A stretch of DNA of 64,000 nt, taken from positions 186,001 through 250,000 of the forward strand of contig LSRY02000039.1 of assembly GCA_001643675.2 (NCBI GenBank). Reading direction: 5' to 3'. Positions 27,701-40,059 of this stretch are shown here, in pieces. This DNA comes from Monocercomonoides exilis PA203. Taxonomy: Eukaryota; Protista; Preaxostyla. The notes below the pieces were generated by a model that saw only the letters and a program-made list of their open reading frames with translations, was not told the DNA's origin and made no database searches. Position numbers and translations under genes: made by a program. Each line of letters opens with the position of its first letter. Position 1 is the stretch's first letter.

Positions 27701-28949
27701 GAACAATGCTAGCTTTCCTCTTATTAAGCAAAATCATCAATACACTTTATCTTCTATGCGCTGTTCTTCAAAGTTTTCTGTTGCACAGTGCGTGAAGGGA
27801 GATGATTCTGAACATCAATTTTCCGAAGTTAAAGGAAATGATTCTTCTTCTTCTTTTTCTGATCAAGCATCAACTTCACTTGTTGGCTCGAATGCAAATA
27901 TTTTTGATACGTCATCTCCTTTGCGTGTTCTTATTGACTCTCTCTTCTTCATCTTGGAAAATGATTTGCCTGGTCGCGGCCATTCTCTTTCATTGCGCTA
28001 TTTTTCTCCCATTTCCTCTTCCTTTTCATCAGGTGGAGTTGTGAGTCCATCGTATTTCCCTTCTTCTTATCCACTATCCCATCCTGCAATGGCAGCGATC
28101 AACGCGTTTTTCTCTGTGTTGCATCAACATTCGACTTTGTGGAAGCGCTATATAGGCTGCGTTTTCAATGAAATGGAATTCGTGAAAAAGCTTGTTCCGT
28201 TTTGGGCATCTAAATACTTTGCGTCTTCTGCTTCAGGGGAAGCAACTGATCCGAAATCTTTCTCTCTTCTCGAGATTTCTCCACAGGATGTGCTCTACAC
28301 GTTGATATGGCCCAGACTCCTGTCTTTCTTTGCAAACTTCCCCCAGCCTTCATTCGCACGATATGCAACTGTTCGCCCGTTGCCCATCGATCTTTCAATT
28401 CTCAACGGTTTCAACGGGATCTTTCGCTCTTTCCTTTTATCTACAGAGCTTTTGGCGCCTTGCTTATCACCAAACATCAACAAGATGCTGTATGGCCTGT
28501 GGAAACAGCAAACGAAAGCATTTTGTTCTGCAAACTTTTATGAATGCAGTTGCGTCAATGATAAAAGTGTGGAGTTGTTTTTCTTATTTGAAAACGAGGC
28601 CATCTCGAAAATTACAACTTATAAAAGCAGGTCTGATATGTCATTTGAACACTCATCATTATCTCCAAAATCTCGAATAAGTGTTAACAATGCAAGCAAA
28701 ATGCCCGCAGTGAGTGAAACTCAACCACCAAAATTTTCCGCTCAGTTTCTTGCTCTTCAGAAATGTCTTATATCGTTTTTAAAATACTGGATTCAGAACC
28801 CTGTCTTGCGTGGAAGTACACTGAAGCAGAACCCGTCGCTTCTTCCTCCTACAATTAACGTGTGCACTGCGTTGCTTTCGAGAATAGAGCAGTTGACAGG
28901 GCTGGATCTCTTTTCTCAGTCTGTCTGTTTTGAGAAGTTCTTTGAGTGA
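9807..28949 (+). CDS. MON2: Mon2 homologue (Sec7-family-related HEAT/ARM Golgi-endosome trafficking scaffold), 6380 aa, inflated by low-complexity inserts
   Basis: One uninterrupted ORF. Ordered islands resemble MON2 in the same order: IRDTCLFTLS (cf. RDAFITAIC), LGSSWGVV (cf. LGTSWQLV), FGLCRLLDVIRFNAFRINVL...VRLLAVEA (cf. [20 protein letters not shown]...REWGAEA), FLQHLVNNHL...ASLT (cf. CLQLVVTDFL...ISLT), LLQHHTHGKEHRQWENT (cf. LIHHSRDTAEKQWAET). The MON2 motifs are recalled from memory, not aligned by software. Confidence 0.8.
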
Positions 28950-29672
28950 AGATAGTGCGCACTTTGATATTTATATTTTCTATAAACTTAGTTTTTCTAT
29001 TGTGAAATTTTTTATAAATTTGTTCTATACTTTTTGTTTCTTGCTTATTTTTAATTATAATTAGATCTTTAAAGGATCTAAAGTTCTGATTGCTTTTTAA
29101 TTTGTAATGTATCAGTATCTTTTTCTTTTTTATTTTATGAAAAATTTATATTTTGCACTGAAACGTTACAAAAAAAGTGAAAGAACTTGGAGTTGACATT
29201 GAGTATAAATTTTTTAGATGAATTTTTATTTAAAAAACATAAAAGATTATTTATAATGCTCAATGATTCGTTTTTTTGTATCTTTCAAAAAATGCACAAC
29301 ATTTCCCCTTCCAACTGAAATGTTATTATTGTTGCTGGAGATGCAAAAAAAGAAGTTAAAGACTAAAAACAAAAATGTAGAATATTTGGCAATCACGAAA
29401 ATTGAAGTTCCTGAAGGTTTTTGATAATTCGAAAATTGCTTAAAGTTAACATTTGAAAGGAAGTGTAACTCACAACAATTTATGAACATGCATTTTCACA
29501 GGTGTTAGAAATAATGCTGTGAAATAATATGAATTGAAAAAATTGCCAAATTGTGAGGTTCAGCATTGAGAAAACTGAATGAAGATAAGCTTCCTTTTGT
29601 GGCTTTTTGCAATAATTAAGAACCTATTTCATTAACGTAGAAATAAATTCAATATTTCTCCAGAATCACAAT

Positions 29673-31110
29673 TTAAAAGAAGGACCCTTCAAGCTGAGTC
29701 AAATTGTATATGTCGCTTCCTCCTTTCATAAGGAAGCTCCTTTTAGATAGAATGATATCCTCAAACCCGTTCTCTTCTAACATATCTTTGAAATCATTGA
29801 ATATTCTTTTTGCATCTTTCTCCTCTGCTCTTAAATTTTCCATCAAATGGTGAGAAAAATTGTCCAGAATAATTAAGGCAGCGTCAGCTATCTCGTTGCT
29901 TGAAATATCGCTCTGCAAAAAGGAGAACGTGCATTCAACAAAATTGTGCTTCCATAATATTTTCAGATTTTCCCACAGACCGTTTGAAGAAATTTGCAAA
30001 AATATATTCGAACAAAGCGCCTCAATGCACCCGCATCTGTTCGAATAGCGCATGCATTCATTTATAAGAAAATCCAATAAATTAATACCCTGCTTTGAAT
30101 TAATAAGTAAATCCTCTAATTTGGTAAGTTCTCCAAAGAGGTTGCACCAATTGCTTATCAAATATACTTGCTTTTTTTTATTGCGCATGTTCAATTGATA
30201 AAAAGAATGAAGTAATTCGTTAAGCTCCATTTTCGCCACTTTAAAAAATTGGATTTTGCCTAAATACTCTGCTGCATTTGCATGACAAACGTTCAGTAAC
30301 GTAATCATCACTTTCCATAATTCATAATAAACAACATGTGACATTTGATAGCGCTCAATGTAATTGCATGCTAAATCTTCAAAACTGCTTCGAATGTCAG
30401 ATTTAAAAAAAAAGGAACGATTCACATAATCTATAAAAGATGAACAAATTAAAATTGAATATAATTTTTAATAACCATAACTATACTGTCCATCGAAATA
30501 TGACTCAAAGCTAGAATAGAAATTTCCACTTCTTTTATGCTTTTTGCCTTTTCTTTATTTATGGCAACATTCAGAAGGACTGGAATTGTAACATTTAAAA
30601 CACTCTCCCGAAAGTGACAGTTTCTAAGACTAAGCAAATGCATGACTTCACTCATAAAAATCAAAGCTTCTTCATCAGAAGGGCTTTTATATGACAAGAT
30701 CTTTTTTTTTAATTGTTGATAAAAGCTTGATGAACAAAAATTTGTGCTCATCCAAATGCCAAGTTTCGCGCAATTAAATCCGAGCTCCCTCATAATTTTC
30801 AACGAATCGATATATCCTATCTGATTTTTTTCGATCATCAAATTTAATTCATTATAAGGCATCGTTTTAATCATTTTTATTAAATCATTCTCATTCATCA
30901 ATTCCATCATTTCAATGATTTCCCCAACCCGTATTTCATGAACATCCTTTTCAATCGTACGAAGTTGGTAAATTGCTTCTGAAAAAAATAAAAATAGAAA
31001 AATGGCAACAAAGAAAAAAGAAAAAATTTAGATTTCGACAAACTTTGGCACTTTTCAAAAAGAAATTCTGTTTGATTATTGCAAGATTCAACTATTTTCC
31101 CTTCATTCAT
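29673..31110 (-). CDS. ARM/HEAT-like helical hypothetical protein of a lineage-expanded family; 3 exons, about 440 aa
   Basis: ORFs 30907-31110, 30449-30910 and 29673-30425 join in phase through GT..AG introns (CAA A|GTTTGT..CAG|AA; GAC A|GTATAG..TAG|AT). The segment IPVLLNVAINKEKAKSIKEVEISILALSHI resembles a large oxymonad helical-repeat family. Confidence 0.7.
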
Positions 31111-31839
31111 AATTTATCTAAAACCATGAAATTTATAATTTTAAATTTTGATTTATGATCTTCCAAGAAACCAAAAGAAATCTTATTTGGGACAGAATTT
31201 TTTCTTTAAAGAAAAAATTAGATGAATTGCACTATTTTTCTGTTATTTTGAAATTATTGAAAAATTTTGAAATTTGTATATGATATTTTGAAATTATCAA
31301 GTAATTTTGAAATTCTCCAGAAAATTTGAAAAAATGGCAGTTTTTTTGAGTTTTACCAACAAATTTCAAGTAAAATATTTATTTTGGGAAGATCCGTATT
31401 TTTCTCCAAATAATTGTGGAAATCAAAAATAGCTGTTAATTAATCACAACTATTTTTAAAATATCAAATGAATAATTTTCAGAACATTCACCAACAAATT
31501 TTGCGAAATATATCATTTTTCGTAATTTTGTTTAAATCGTAAAGAAAAAATAAATATAATTCGACGTCAAAAAACGTTTATTGAAATGCTAATTGCAACA
31601 AATGATTGTCAATATTCAAAGCATTTCAAATTTTCAATTTGAAATGGTTTATAATTGCTGAGTTGCAAAAATTGACAGAATGCATCAAACATGAATAAAA
31701 AGAGCAAATAAAAATTCAAAAACATTTCAAATATTGATGTTTTGCACAATAATGAATATTTCATGGAGAATAAAAATGTTAACGTTGAAGAAAAAAATGT
31801 CAAAAAATGAAAGAAAAAACAAAGTTTCATTATGATCGT

Positions 31840-32841
31840 GTCAACTTTTCAATGAGACTTTTTTCTTAATTGGCACTTTTTTTGTTTTTGCTTGCAAAAT
31901 TCTGAGAAAAGAGAAGTAGTTTTCAGCATTTCAAAAATCCTTTTTAACAAGTTTTATTCTATTTATTTGCAGTTTGTTTTTATATTTTAACTTATTACAC
32001 ATTGAGAAATTTCGTTTTTTGTTAAATTTTAAAGGACTTTTTCTAGCCAACTGGGAATCGCTCAAGAAATTGGGGACATGTTTTATATTGCATTTGCTTC
32101 GAACTATTAATCTTTTAAATCTTTTTTTTGACAAACACTTTTTTCTTGATTTATTCGCATTTCAAATTTTCATCAACATGATTATATTAAACTGTTTATT
32201 TCTTTATTAATATAATGAAATGAAAAAAATAAAAATATGATATGAATAACAAATTCTTTTATAATGAAGTGTTAAAGATAAATTGAAAATGAGAATGTTT
32301 TATTTTTTCAACAGACAAATAGCGCTTGCTTGAAATGATCAATGACCAAGTTTTAGAAACAAAGTTAAGTTCTTGAAAAATAGATAAAATTAATGTTTTG
32401 TATTTACAACACTTCATTATAAAAGAATTTGTTATTCATATCATATTTTTATTTTTTTCATTTCATTATATTAATAAAGAAATAAACAGTTTAATATAAT
32501 CATGTTGATGAAAATTTGAAATGCGAATAAATCAAGAAAAAAGTGTTTGTCAAAAAAAAGATTTAAAAGATTAATAGTTCGAAGCAAATGCAATATAAAA
32601 CATGTCCCCAATTTCTTGAGCGATTCCCAGTTGGCTAGAAAAAGTCCTTTAAAATTTAACAAAAAACGAAATTTCTCAATGTGTAATAAGTTAAAATATA
32701 AAAACAAACTGCAAATAAATAGAATAAAACTTGTTAAAAAGGATTTTTGAAATGCTGAAAACTACTTCTCTTTTCTCAGAATTTTGCAAGCAAAAACAAA
32801 AAAAGTGCCAATTAAGGAAAAAGTCCCATTAAAAAGCTGAC
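31840..32841. repeat. Long inverted repeat / fold-back element A: arms 31840-32273 and 32408-32841 (434 bp), 134-bp spacer
   Basis: Identical mirror ORFs in the track (31931-32134 - equals 32547-32750 +; 31974-32210 + equals 32471-32707 -). Arm ends were checked by eye, and the only mismatches seen are 4 transitions in the outer 25 bp. Confidence 0.95.
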
Positions 32842-32860
32842 CCTCCATTTATTGGAAATA

Positions 32861-33920
32861 GGGTGGTTTTTTTATCCGGACATTTTTTTTATCCGGACAA
32901 AAATTTTAAATTTAAATATCTCAACAAATATTCAATATTAATTTCCAGCAATTTGCACAGTTGTATGTTAGCATATGTGACATCGATTCTTATACAAATT
33001 TTTAATAGCAGAGTGGTATTTTTTTTGAAATAAATAATTTTTATTTTTGAAAATCCGACTTTTGATGAATTTTTCTATTTTTATAAAACGATTCGGTTCA
33101 TCTTTTATATACACAACTTATTTTTTCCATGATATAAACAATTCTGGTTATTTTTTATTTTCGGCAATTTGCTCGTTTGGACTGAATGGAAATTTGTCAT
33201 TTTTGAAAAATCATTGTCAATGGGACAACTTAAAAAATAATTTTCATTAAATGAAGGAGCATCTAACAGAAACCAACACTTGCATTAATTAATATAATAG
33301 TTATATAAAATTACCACAAAGTGATAATTAAAAATGATTCAGAAGGTTTTTTATAAGCATCATTTGTTTTCATAATTGATGATTTTTAATATTCAATTTC
33401 ATTGAAATTCGAATAATATTTATTTTTTGGAATCTTCACTGAATCATTTTTAATTATCACTTTGTGGTAATTTTATATAACTATTATATTAATTAATGCA
33501 AGTGTTGGTTTCTGTTAGATGCTCCTTCATTTAATGAAAATTATTTTTTAAGTTGTCCCATTGACAATGATTTTTCAAAAATGACAAATTTCCATTCAGT
33601 CCAAACGAGCAAATTGCCGAAAATAAAAAATAACCAGAATTGTTTATATCATGGAAAAAATAAGTTGTGTATATAAAAGATGAACCGAATCGTTTTATAA
33701 AAATAGAAAAATTCATCAAAAGTCGGATTTTCAAAAATAAAAATTATTTATTTCAAAAAAAATACCACTCTGCTATTAAAAATTTGTATAAGAATCGATG
33801 TCACATATGCTAACATACAACTGTGCAAATTGCTGGAAATTAATATTGAATATTTGTTGAGATATTTAAATTTAAAATTTTTGTCCGGATAAAAAAAATG
33901 TCCGGATAAAAAAACCACCC
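32861..33920. mobile_element. Fold-back element B, a putative non-autonomous DNA transposon (MITE-like) with ~482-bp TIRs, 96-bp spacer and TA flanks
   Basis: Structure is TA|GGGTGG...CCACCC|TA. Arms 32861-33342 and 33439-33920 appear perfectly complementary, with mirror ORFs 33047-33250 + and 33531-33734 -. Subterminal tandem motif TTTTTTATCCGGACA occurs twice at each end. No transposase ORF. Confidence 0.75.
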
Positions 33921-34250
33921 TAGTCTTTTTTTTTTTTTTTGTTGGAAAATAATTGTTTCGTGAAGAATTTGATATAATTTGAAAAGATTTCGTAATAAAG
34001 AAAAGATAGATTCAAACAAGAAAGATTGTTTCATGTAAATAAATCAAAAACATTTCCAACAAAAAATTAACTTTATCCAAAAGTACATTGACTTTAGGAA
34101 AAGACAGTATCTTTCCGAAAAATATTCAATGTTTCTCCAAAAGTGCGAGTATTATTCCTTTTAAACTGCAATTTTCGAATTAAAATTATTTCAATGTGCT
34201 TTAACAAAATAAAATTGGAAAAAAAATGAAATGCAGGAAGTGTTATTTTT

Positions 34251-34865
34251 TTAAACAACAGCAGCAATATGACGCTTTTTATGTTTCGGCTTTCTGTTCC
34301 TTTTGATACGTCTCTAAAAATGGATTTGTAAGTTTATTAAATTAAAGTTAAAAAAACACTTGACCTTCCATTTTTATATTTTACAAACCTGTATTTTTTT
34401 TCGAATGTCAGGACGCCTGCTTAGCTCAATTTTCTTTTTGCGTGATTCACCTAAAACGGAACATGCTCAACAAACTGATAAATCACAAAATGATAAGAAC
34501 AAACTCATTTTCTTTTTAGGTTTTGATTTTTGTTGTTCATTTTTTGTTTCTTTTTCTTTTGGGGTTTCAATTCCTTTCTGTTTTCTTATTTCTTCAGCTT
34601 TCTTTGCATCAGCAGCTTTTCTTCTATTTTGAAGTCTCAGATCAGCCATAAGCAGCTTGTATCTTTCCTCGTAGTCAGCTAAAACTTTCTAATATCATCA
34701 CCATAATTTTAAATGTTAAAAATACAATAAAACAATAACAATTCTCGATCTAAAAAACTTATATAAGAAGTTTCACACGGGACGTTCTTTTTCAACTGCG
34801 ATTCTATGGTTGGCTCTCTCTCTTTTGTTGTGGACATTGCCTTTACACCCTAATCTCTTTCCCAT
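34251..34865 (-). CDS. Small Lys/Arg-rich hypothetical protein, 4 exons, about 130 aa
   Basis: MGKRLGCKGNVHNKRERANHRIAVEKERP | KVLADYEERYKLLMADLRLQNRRK...KKKMS | ESRKKKIELSRRPDIRKKIQ | RRIKRNRKPKHKKRHIAAVV*. Three phase-compatible GT..AG introns. Confidence 0.75.
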
Positions 34866-36071
34866 TAATAGAATACTTTTTTTATGGGCTCATTGAACCA
34901 TAAAATTTTCATTAATTGTTTGAAACATTGTTTTTTTATTTTAAGAATTGTTTCCACACAGTTTTACACATGAATGAGCTTTGAAAGGTGCAAGATAGAT
35001 GATGAAATGAATCTGTTGAGAAATTAAAATCAGTGAATTCAATTTTTTTGTTGAATATAAATATTTAAATATTTCTTTCAGATTAAATTCAAATTTCAAA
35101 AATGATCAATGATTTCAATAAATCATCTATATTTTATCAGAAGAAAGTTGCAAGTTCAAAGCAATGAATTGAAAAGACGAGAAAAGAGCAAGATTAAATT
35201 ATCGAGAAGCATTTTGTGAAAAAAGCTATCAAACCAAAAATATTTACCCTTCTGTTAATAGCCTTTCAAAAGGAAATTTCAATGTTGATCAATATCTCAA
35301 ACGGAATCCAAATTAAACGTTCAACATAACTTTATATTCCATTCCAAAAGAAGCGATTCATATGGACATATGACATTATTCACAGATTATGCATCATGAA
35401 CAAGACGTTGGGAACAATGTAATATGAACGACGAAATGAAAAATGATGAATATATGCAAATAAAGGATGATAAAGGATCAATTATGTCTAAAAGCAGCTG
35501 TGACGAGAAGAGTGTAGAAATGAAAAAGAAACACAAGCTCTGTTGATGCAAACATAGTTTTGTACTTCATTGCGCAGAAGGAATATTTCAAGAAATCTTA
35601 TTAAAGTTGTAATCAATTATTTTCAAGAAACATTTTTACAAAAATGAAATACAATTATTATTTAGGAGAAAATCATTTTAACCAGAATAAAAAGTCTAGA
35701 CTCTGCACCAGGGTTACCATCACGAAAAAGCAAAAAACGCCATCCTTTTGTAATATTTCAAGGATATCAGACGCTTGTTAAAATTGGTCAGCTTGCATGC
35801 ACTTTACCTTTTCCAGTCATCAATCATAAACAAACAAAATTTCAATTAAATTAAAGTTCATAAATGCAAAAATAAAACAAAAGAATTGGACAAGAAGATA
35901 TATTATAATATAATAATGGAATATGAAAAAGAGATATACATGACAAATTGTTAATATCACGAGATAAAAGAAATTCGTTAAATTATGTTTTTTCAATAAA
36001 CTCAGGATGATCAACACCTATCAAATAAGGTAATTTTGAAAGTGATGTTTTAGAGTTCTTTTTTTCAACAA

Positions 36072-36142
36072 GCAGTAATGGTCTAGGGGTAGAATGCAAC
36101 GTTGCCATCGTTGCGACCCGGGTTCGAGTCCCGGTTACTGCA
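36072..36142 (+). tRNA. tRNA-Gly (anticodon GCC)
   Basis: Acceptor stem GCAGTAA/TTACTGC plus discriminator A, anticodon arm CAACG-TTGCCAT-CGTTG, T arm CCGGG-TTCGAGT-CCCGG, and a downstream T-run (Pol III terminator). Confidence 0.97.
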
Positions 36143-36582
36143 AGTTCTTTTTGTCAATTATTACTTTTTAATTGAAAAAAGAAAAAACAAATATTTTTAT
36201 ATTACGTTTTTTTGATAGAAAAATTTTTGTTTGAAAAAGAAATAATCGTGATCTTAAAGAAAGTAATTAAAAAATTTAAATAAGATTGAAATTGTTATGT
36301 TAGAATATTTAAATAAATTTTAAATTATCGAATTTGTTTGTTAAAAAATATTTTATCTTCTTTTAGTTGCTCGATGAACTTAAGCTTGTATTGCATTTTC
36401 ATTCATTCAGATTTATATCATATAAAAGTTTTTTTAACGAAAAAAATAGAAAAATTTATCTTTAAAAAAATATTCTTCGAAGCAAACTTCAAACACACAA
36501 AAAACTGAATGAGGCAAAGCAAACTTGTCGTTTAAATTGCAGTAGCTGAGATTCTAAGACCGTCCTTTTCCCATAAAAGTTG

Positions 36583-39500
36583 TCAAACACAAAGGCTAAC
36601 AGAACTTAGCTGCTCGGAATATTCTCCCTTTAAACAGAAGCTTCCTAATGTTCCAAGTTTAATTCTCATTCCTCCGCCTTCCGGACTCAACGCAGATGTC
36701 AAATCATCCAAAGAGCAGTTCACAATTGACAGATGCGTCTCAAGCTGAACAGACCCAAATGAAGGCTGCTCGTCATACTCACTCACATGAAGAGAAGTGA
36801 ATTCACAGTTCTTGAAGCTTATTTCAGATGGCTGAGATTCTTGATTGGCTGAAGAGGAATAATCATCTTTTGCATCTGGTGTTGAAGGAATCAGATCGAA
36901 AAGTGAACAAGTTGAAAATGACAAATGTGGAAAGCGGACTCCCTCGAATGAAGCTTGAGCTGTTTGTGAAATCACAAAAGGCGTAACATTAAATGCTGCT
37001 TTATCAGTATAACATTGAGAAAGCTGCACAACTCCACCCAAAACGCTGATCAAATGCACGCAACTTGAAACATCTTGCGATTCTGAAGAAGTGATAATGA
37101 AAGAGCACGATGAAAATTGGATGTTTCCTGTTTCTGTGGAAGAGGAAAACAACGAAGCACCTTCAGGCATCTCAATAACAAAAGCAGAAGGAATATGAAA
37201 ATCGATCGAAGAAAACGAAAGAACGGATGTAGATGAAACAACACTCCCAGATGCAAACTGAACATTGGTACTGATGTTAATCCCGCTGTTTTCTCTGTCA
37301 AATGACAGAACATTGACTGAGTTGAGCGAAATATCATTTTCGATCGAGCCATTCGATTTCACAGTGATCACACGAAGTGGCACGTCTGCACTGCTCTCTG
37401 CAAGTCGATTGACAGAATAGTCAAGCGATTGGAACTGAACAAAATTGCTCCCACAAAACACCTCGTTCTGCCCTGCTGGAGCCTCAACCAGAACAGATAC
37501 ACTCACAAAACCTTCCACAAAAATCATATGAACAAGCTCGACTTGGACATTTGCGCCATCATCAGTGAAAAAGGAGAGCTTTTGGTACTTTTTGATTGAC
37601 CTATTAAAAAATTAAAAATACCAATTTTTCAATTGCTCGAGCTTTATGTCCAAAAGGGTTACAAAAGATTTGCATCATCACCATCTGAAAGTTTTTTGCT
37701 TGAAGCTGTTCCATTCATCGAGCTTATAAAAGGAAGTTTCATTTGTTTCTGATCAACAATAATTGAAATTCACAGAACGGTTTTTACAGCAGATAGGTTT
37801 GAAAGAGCTTAACAAAAAAGAACATCTGAAGATGCTGATTTTAGAGGCAACATAAGAATAAAAATGAAAGAAATACTCCGAATTATTGCTCCTTGCATGA
37901 AATACGTCTGTCATAACAATTGTCAAACGAAGAAGCAACATCAACCGAGCAGTTTTAAAGAGAGAATTTCACGTTTGATGGAATGATATGTGCAATGTTA
38001 GAATTAAATAAAGAAGAAGACTTCTCAGAAATCTGTTGAATCTACAATCAATGATCGAAGCATTATAACAAGAAGAAATAATAAGAGAGAAAACGAAGAA
38101 GACGATATCTGATAATTATTTGCTGCGAACCTTTACGTAGAAAACAGAACAGATTCAATAGAAAACAGCTACACAAACAGAACTCAGCTGATAGTCTGAA
38201 CAACTTTTATGAAATCTAATTGAGAAATACTTTGAACAGAAGCCAATGATTGAAGGGGCTTAATTTAATTTTATTTATTTATTGATAATTAAATTGAACG
38301 ACACATGGCATTTTCAGTATTTCTGCATTTCTATTTGAAAGTTAAAAACTCAAATTTCGAAAAATCAACTTATTTTCATCGGTAGAAAAATTGCTTTCTT
38401 TGCAGCTTAATTTTCAATCGTTGCTTTGTTCACACATGAGCCTATTAATATCAGAGGCTTTATTGCAATCATCAGAGCAGCTGGCATATATATGTCTTCT
38501 TCACAAAGCATCAACATAAAAACGAAAAAGCATGCACGATTGTTTTGCATAGAAGGATTCCAACTCTACATCCCCATTTATCTACACAATAAGATGCAAT
38601 TATTATCTACTCGTTCGTTGTGTTTACTTTTTGAAATATCTCCTTTATCATTAATTATCAATCGTGAGCCAGTTATTGCGGAATACAAAGATGAAAAATC
38701 AAAGCTGTCAATTTCATAATTTCTATCTGTGGGTGCTATATGTATCTGGAAGCTCACTCGCTGCTGTGTTTCCAAAGAAGCGACAAGCTGAATACGTATT
38801 CTTGCAGATTTTGTACATGAAAATTGTATCACCTTTATCTTCTGAATGGCATCTTACAAATACTGAATTGCTTATACAAAGATTCCAACATTTATTTGCA
38901 TAGTGTCCATCGAAATATATTGCACCTCCCTGTAGCCCTTTTCATTCAATCCATTCTTCATTAGAAAATATTCCGTGCTGCTTTTCCATTATTATACGGT
39001 CAGTTCTGGATATGTGGAATTTTGAAGATTTTTCAGTTGATTGTGAATGTGAGCATTGAATTAAGTGGTTGAATGATGATTGATGATAAAAAGCAGTCGA
39101 GCTGGGCGACAGTCCGTGTACAACAGTTCAATAGAAAATGTCTACACATTGGAAAAATGTGTTGAGAAGAATAGAAGAATTATCAATGAATAAACTGTTA
39201 GTCATTTGAAGATTGTTAAAGCATTCTTCTTTTATTCTTTCATTCGAAAAAGTGCAACTCTCAACGAATTCAAAATCTCCGATGCCTCCGCAGGAAAACG
39301 AAGAAAAATTTGATGAATAAAAAACCAAAGAATTAAATGAAGAAAATAAAACTGATGACCTTCCAGTTCCTCATCAAAGCCACGCCAAACTGCAAACAGA
39401 GCGATTCCAATCCGCCTCGAAAACAACTGAAAAATTTTCTAAAAAGCATTTCCAACTTGACATGCAAGACGGATGGAAATTATTTACAGGCTTCAATTAA

Positions 39501-39700
39501 ATTATGAGGTTCAATGACAATATGAAATTCTTGTCACGGATAATATTGCAAAGCAACCTCTTTCATCGAGCACCAAGTTCGAGTGCTTCAACGAAGAATT
39601 AAAAAAGTCCAACAAATGAAGCTTTCCGAATGTAACTTTTTGAACCATTTAATTGTCAATTGAATCAATGGGAGCATTTGCCCCTTCGTTTTATGCATGT
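36583..39700 (-). pseudogene. Degraded member of a large beta-helix/GGAI-repeat surface-protein family
   Basis: ORF 36583-37527 (IFVEG...GQNEVFCGSNF..SLDYS; SPEGGGMRI) is rich in S/F/C beta-strand repeats and ends abruptly. Upstream fragments with stops and frameshifts include GGAIYFDG near 38900-38930. The upstream boundary is approximate. Confidence 0.6.
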
Positions 39701-40059
39701 TCTTCAACATATTTCTCAAAAGTGTTTTAACCAGAACTATAAAATATTCATTTTGAAAAACAACAATTTAAGTGATTCGATTAATTTTTTTGGCAAATAA
39801 TTTAATAGTATTCTTTAAATTTTCGAAGAAATAAATCTGATAAATAATTGATTTCTTATCATTTTAATGCCCTGCTCAACACCGATAAAAATACTTACAT
39901 CAACTTTTATTACTATCGAAGTTATCCGAAAGAATTCACAAAAATTCTAAAATTTGTCAATCACACACATAATCGAAAATGTAAAGAGCTTGAAAAATGC
40001 ATGTTAGAATTTAAAAATCATCTTCAAGCGAGAAGTGAAAAAATGATAATTCTCACATT

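Noticed and set aside
4108-28680. Many long antisense or alternative-frame ORFs overlapping the coiled-coil and MON2 genes (e.g. 6164-7300, 11098-12354)
   Set aside because: They are by-products of stop-poor TCT/GAA repeats, giving poly-Leu/Glu/Lys shadows of the real frame.
31931-33734. Duplicated short ORFs (67-78 aa) inside the palindromes as protein-coding genes
   Set aside because: They are AT-rich chance ORFs mirrored by the inverted repeats, several with non-ATG starts and none with a transposase or other motif.
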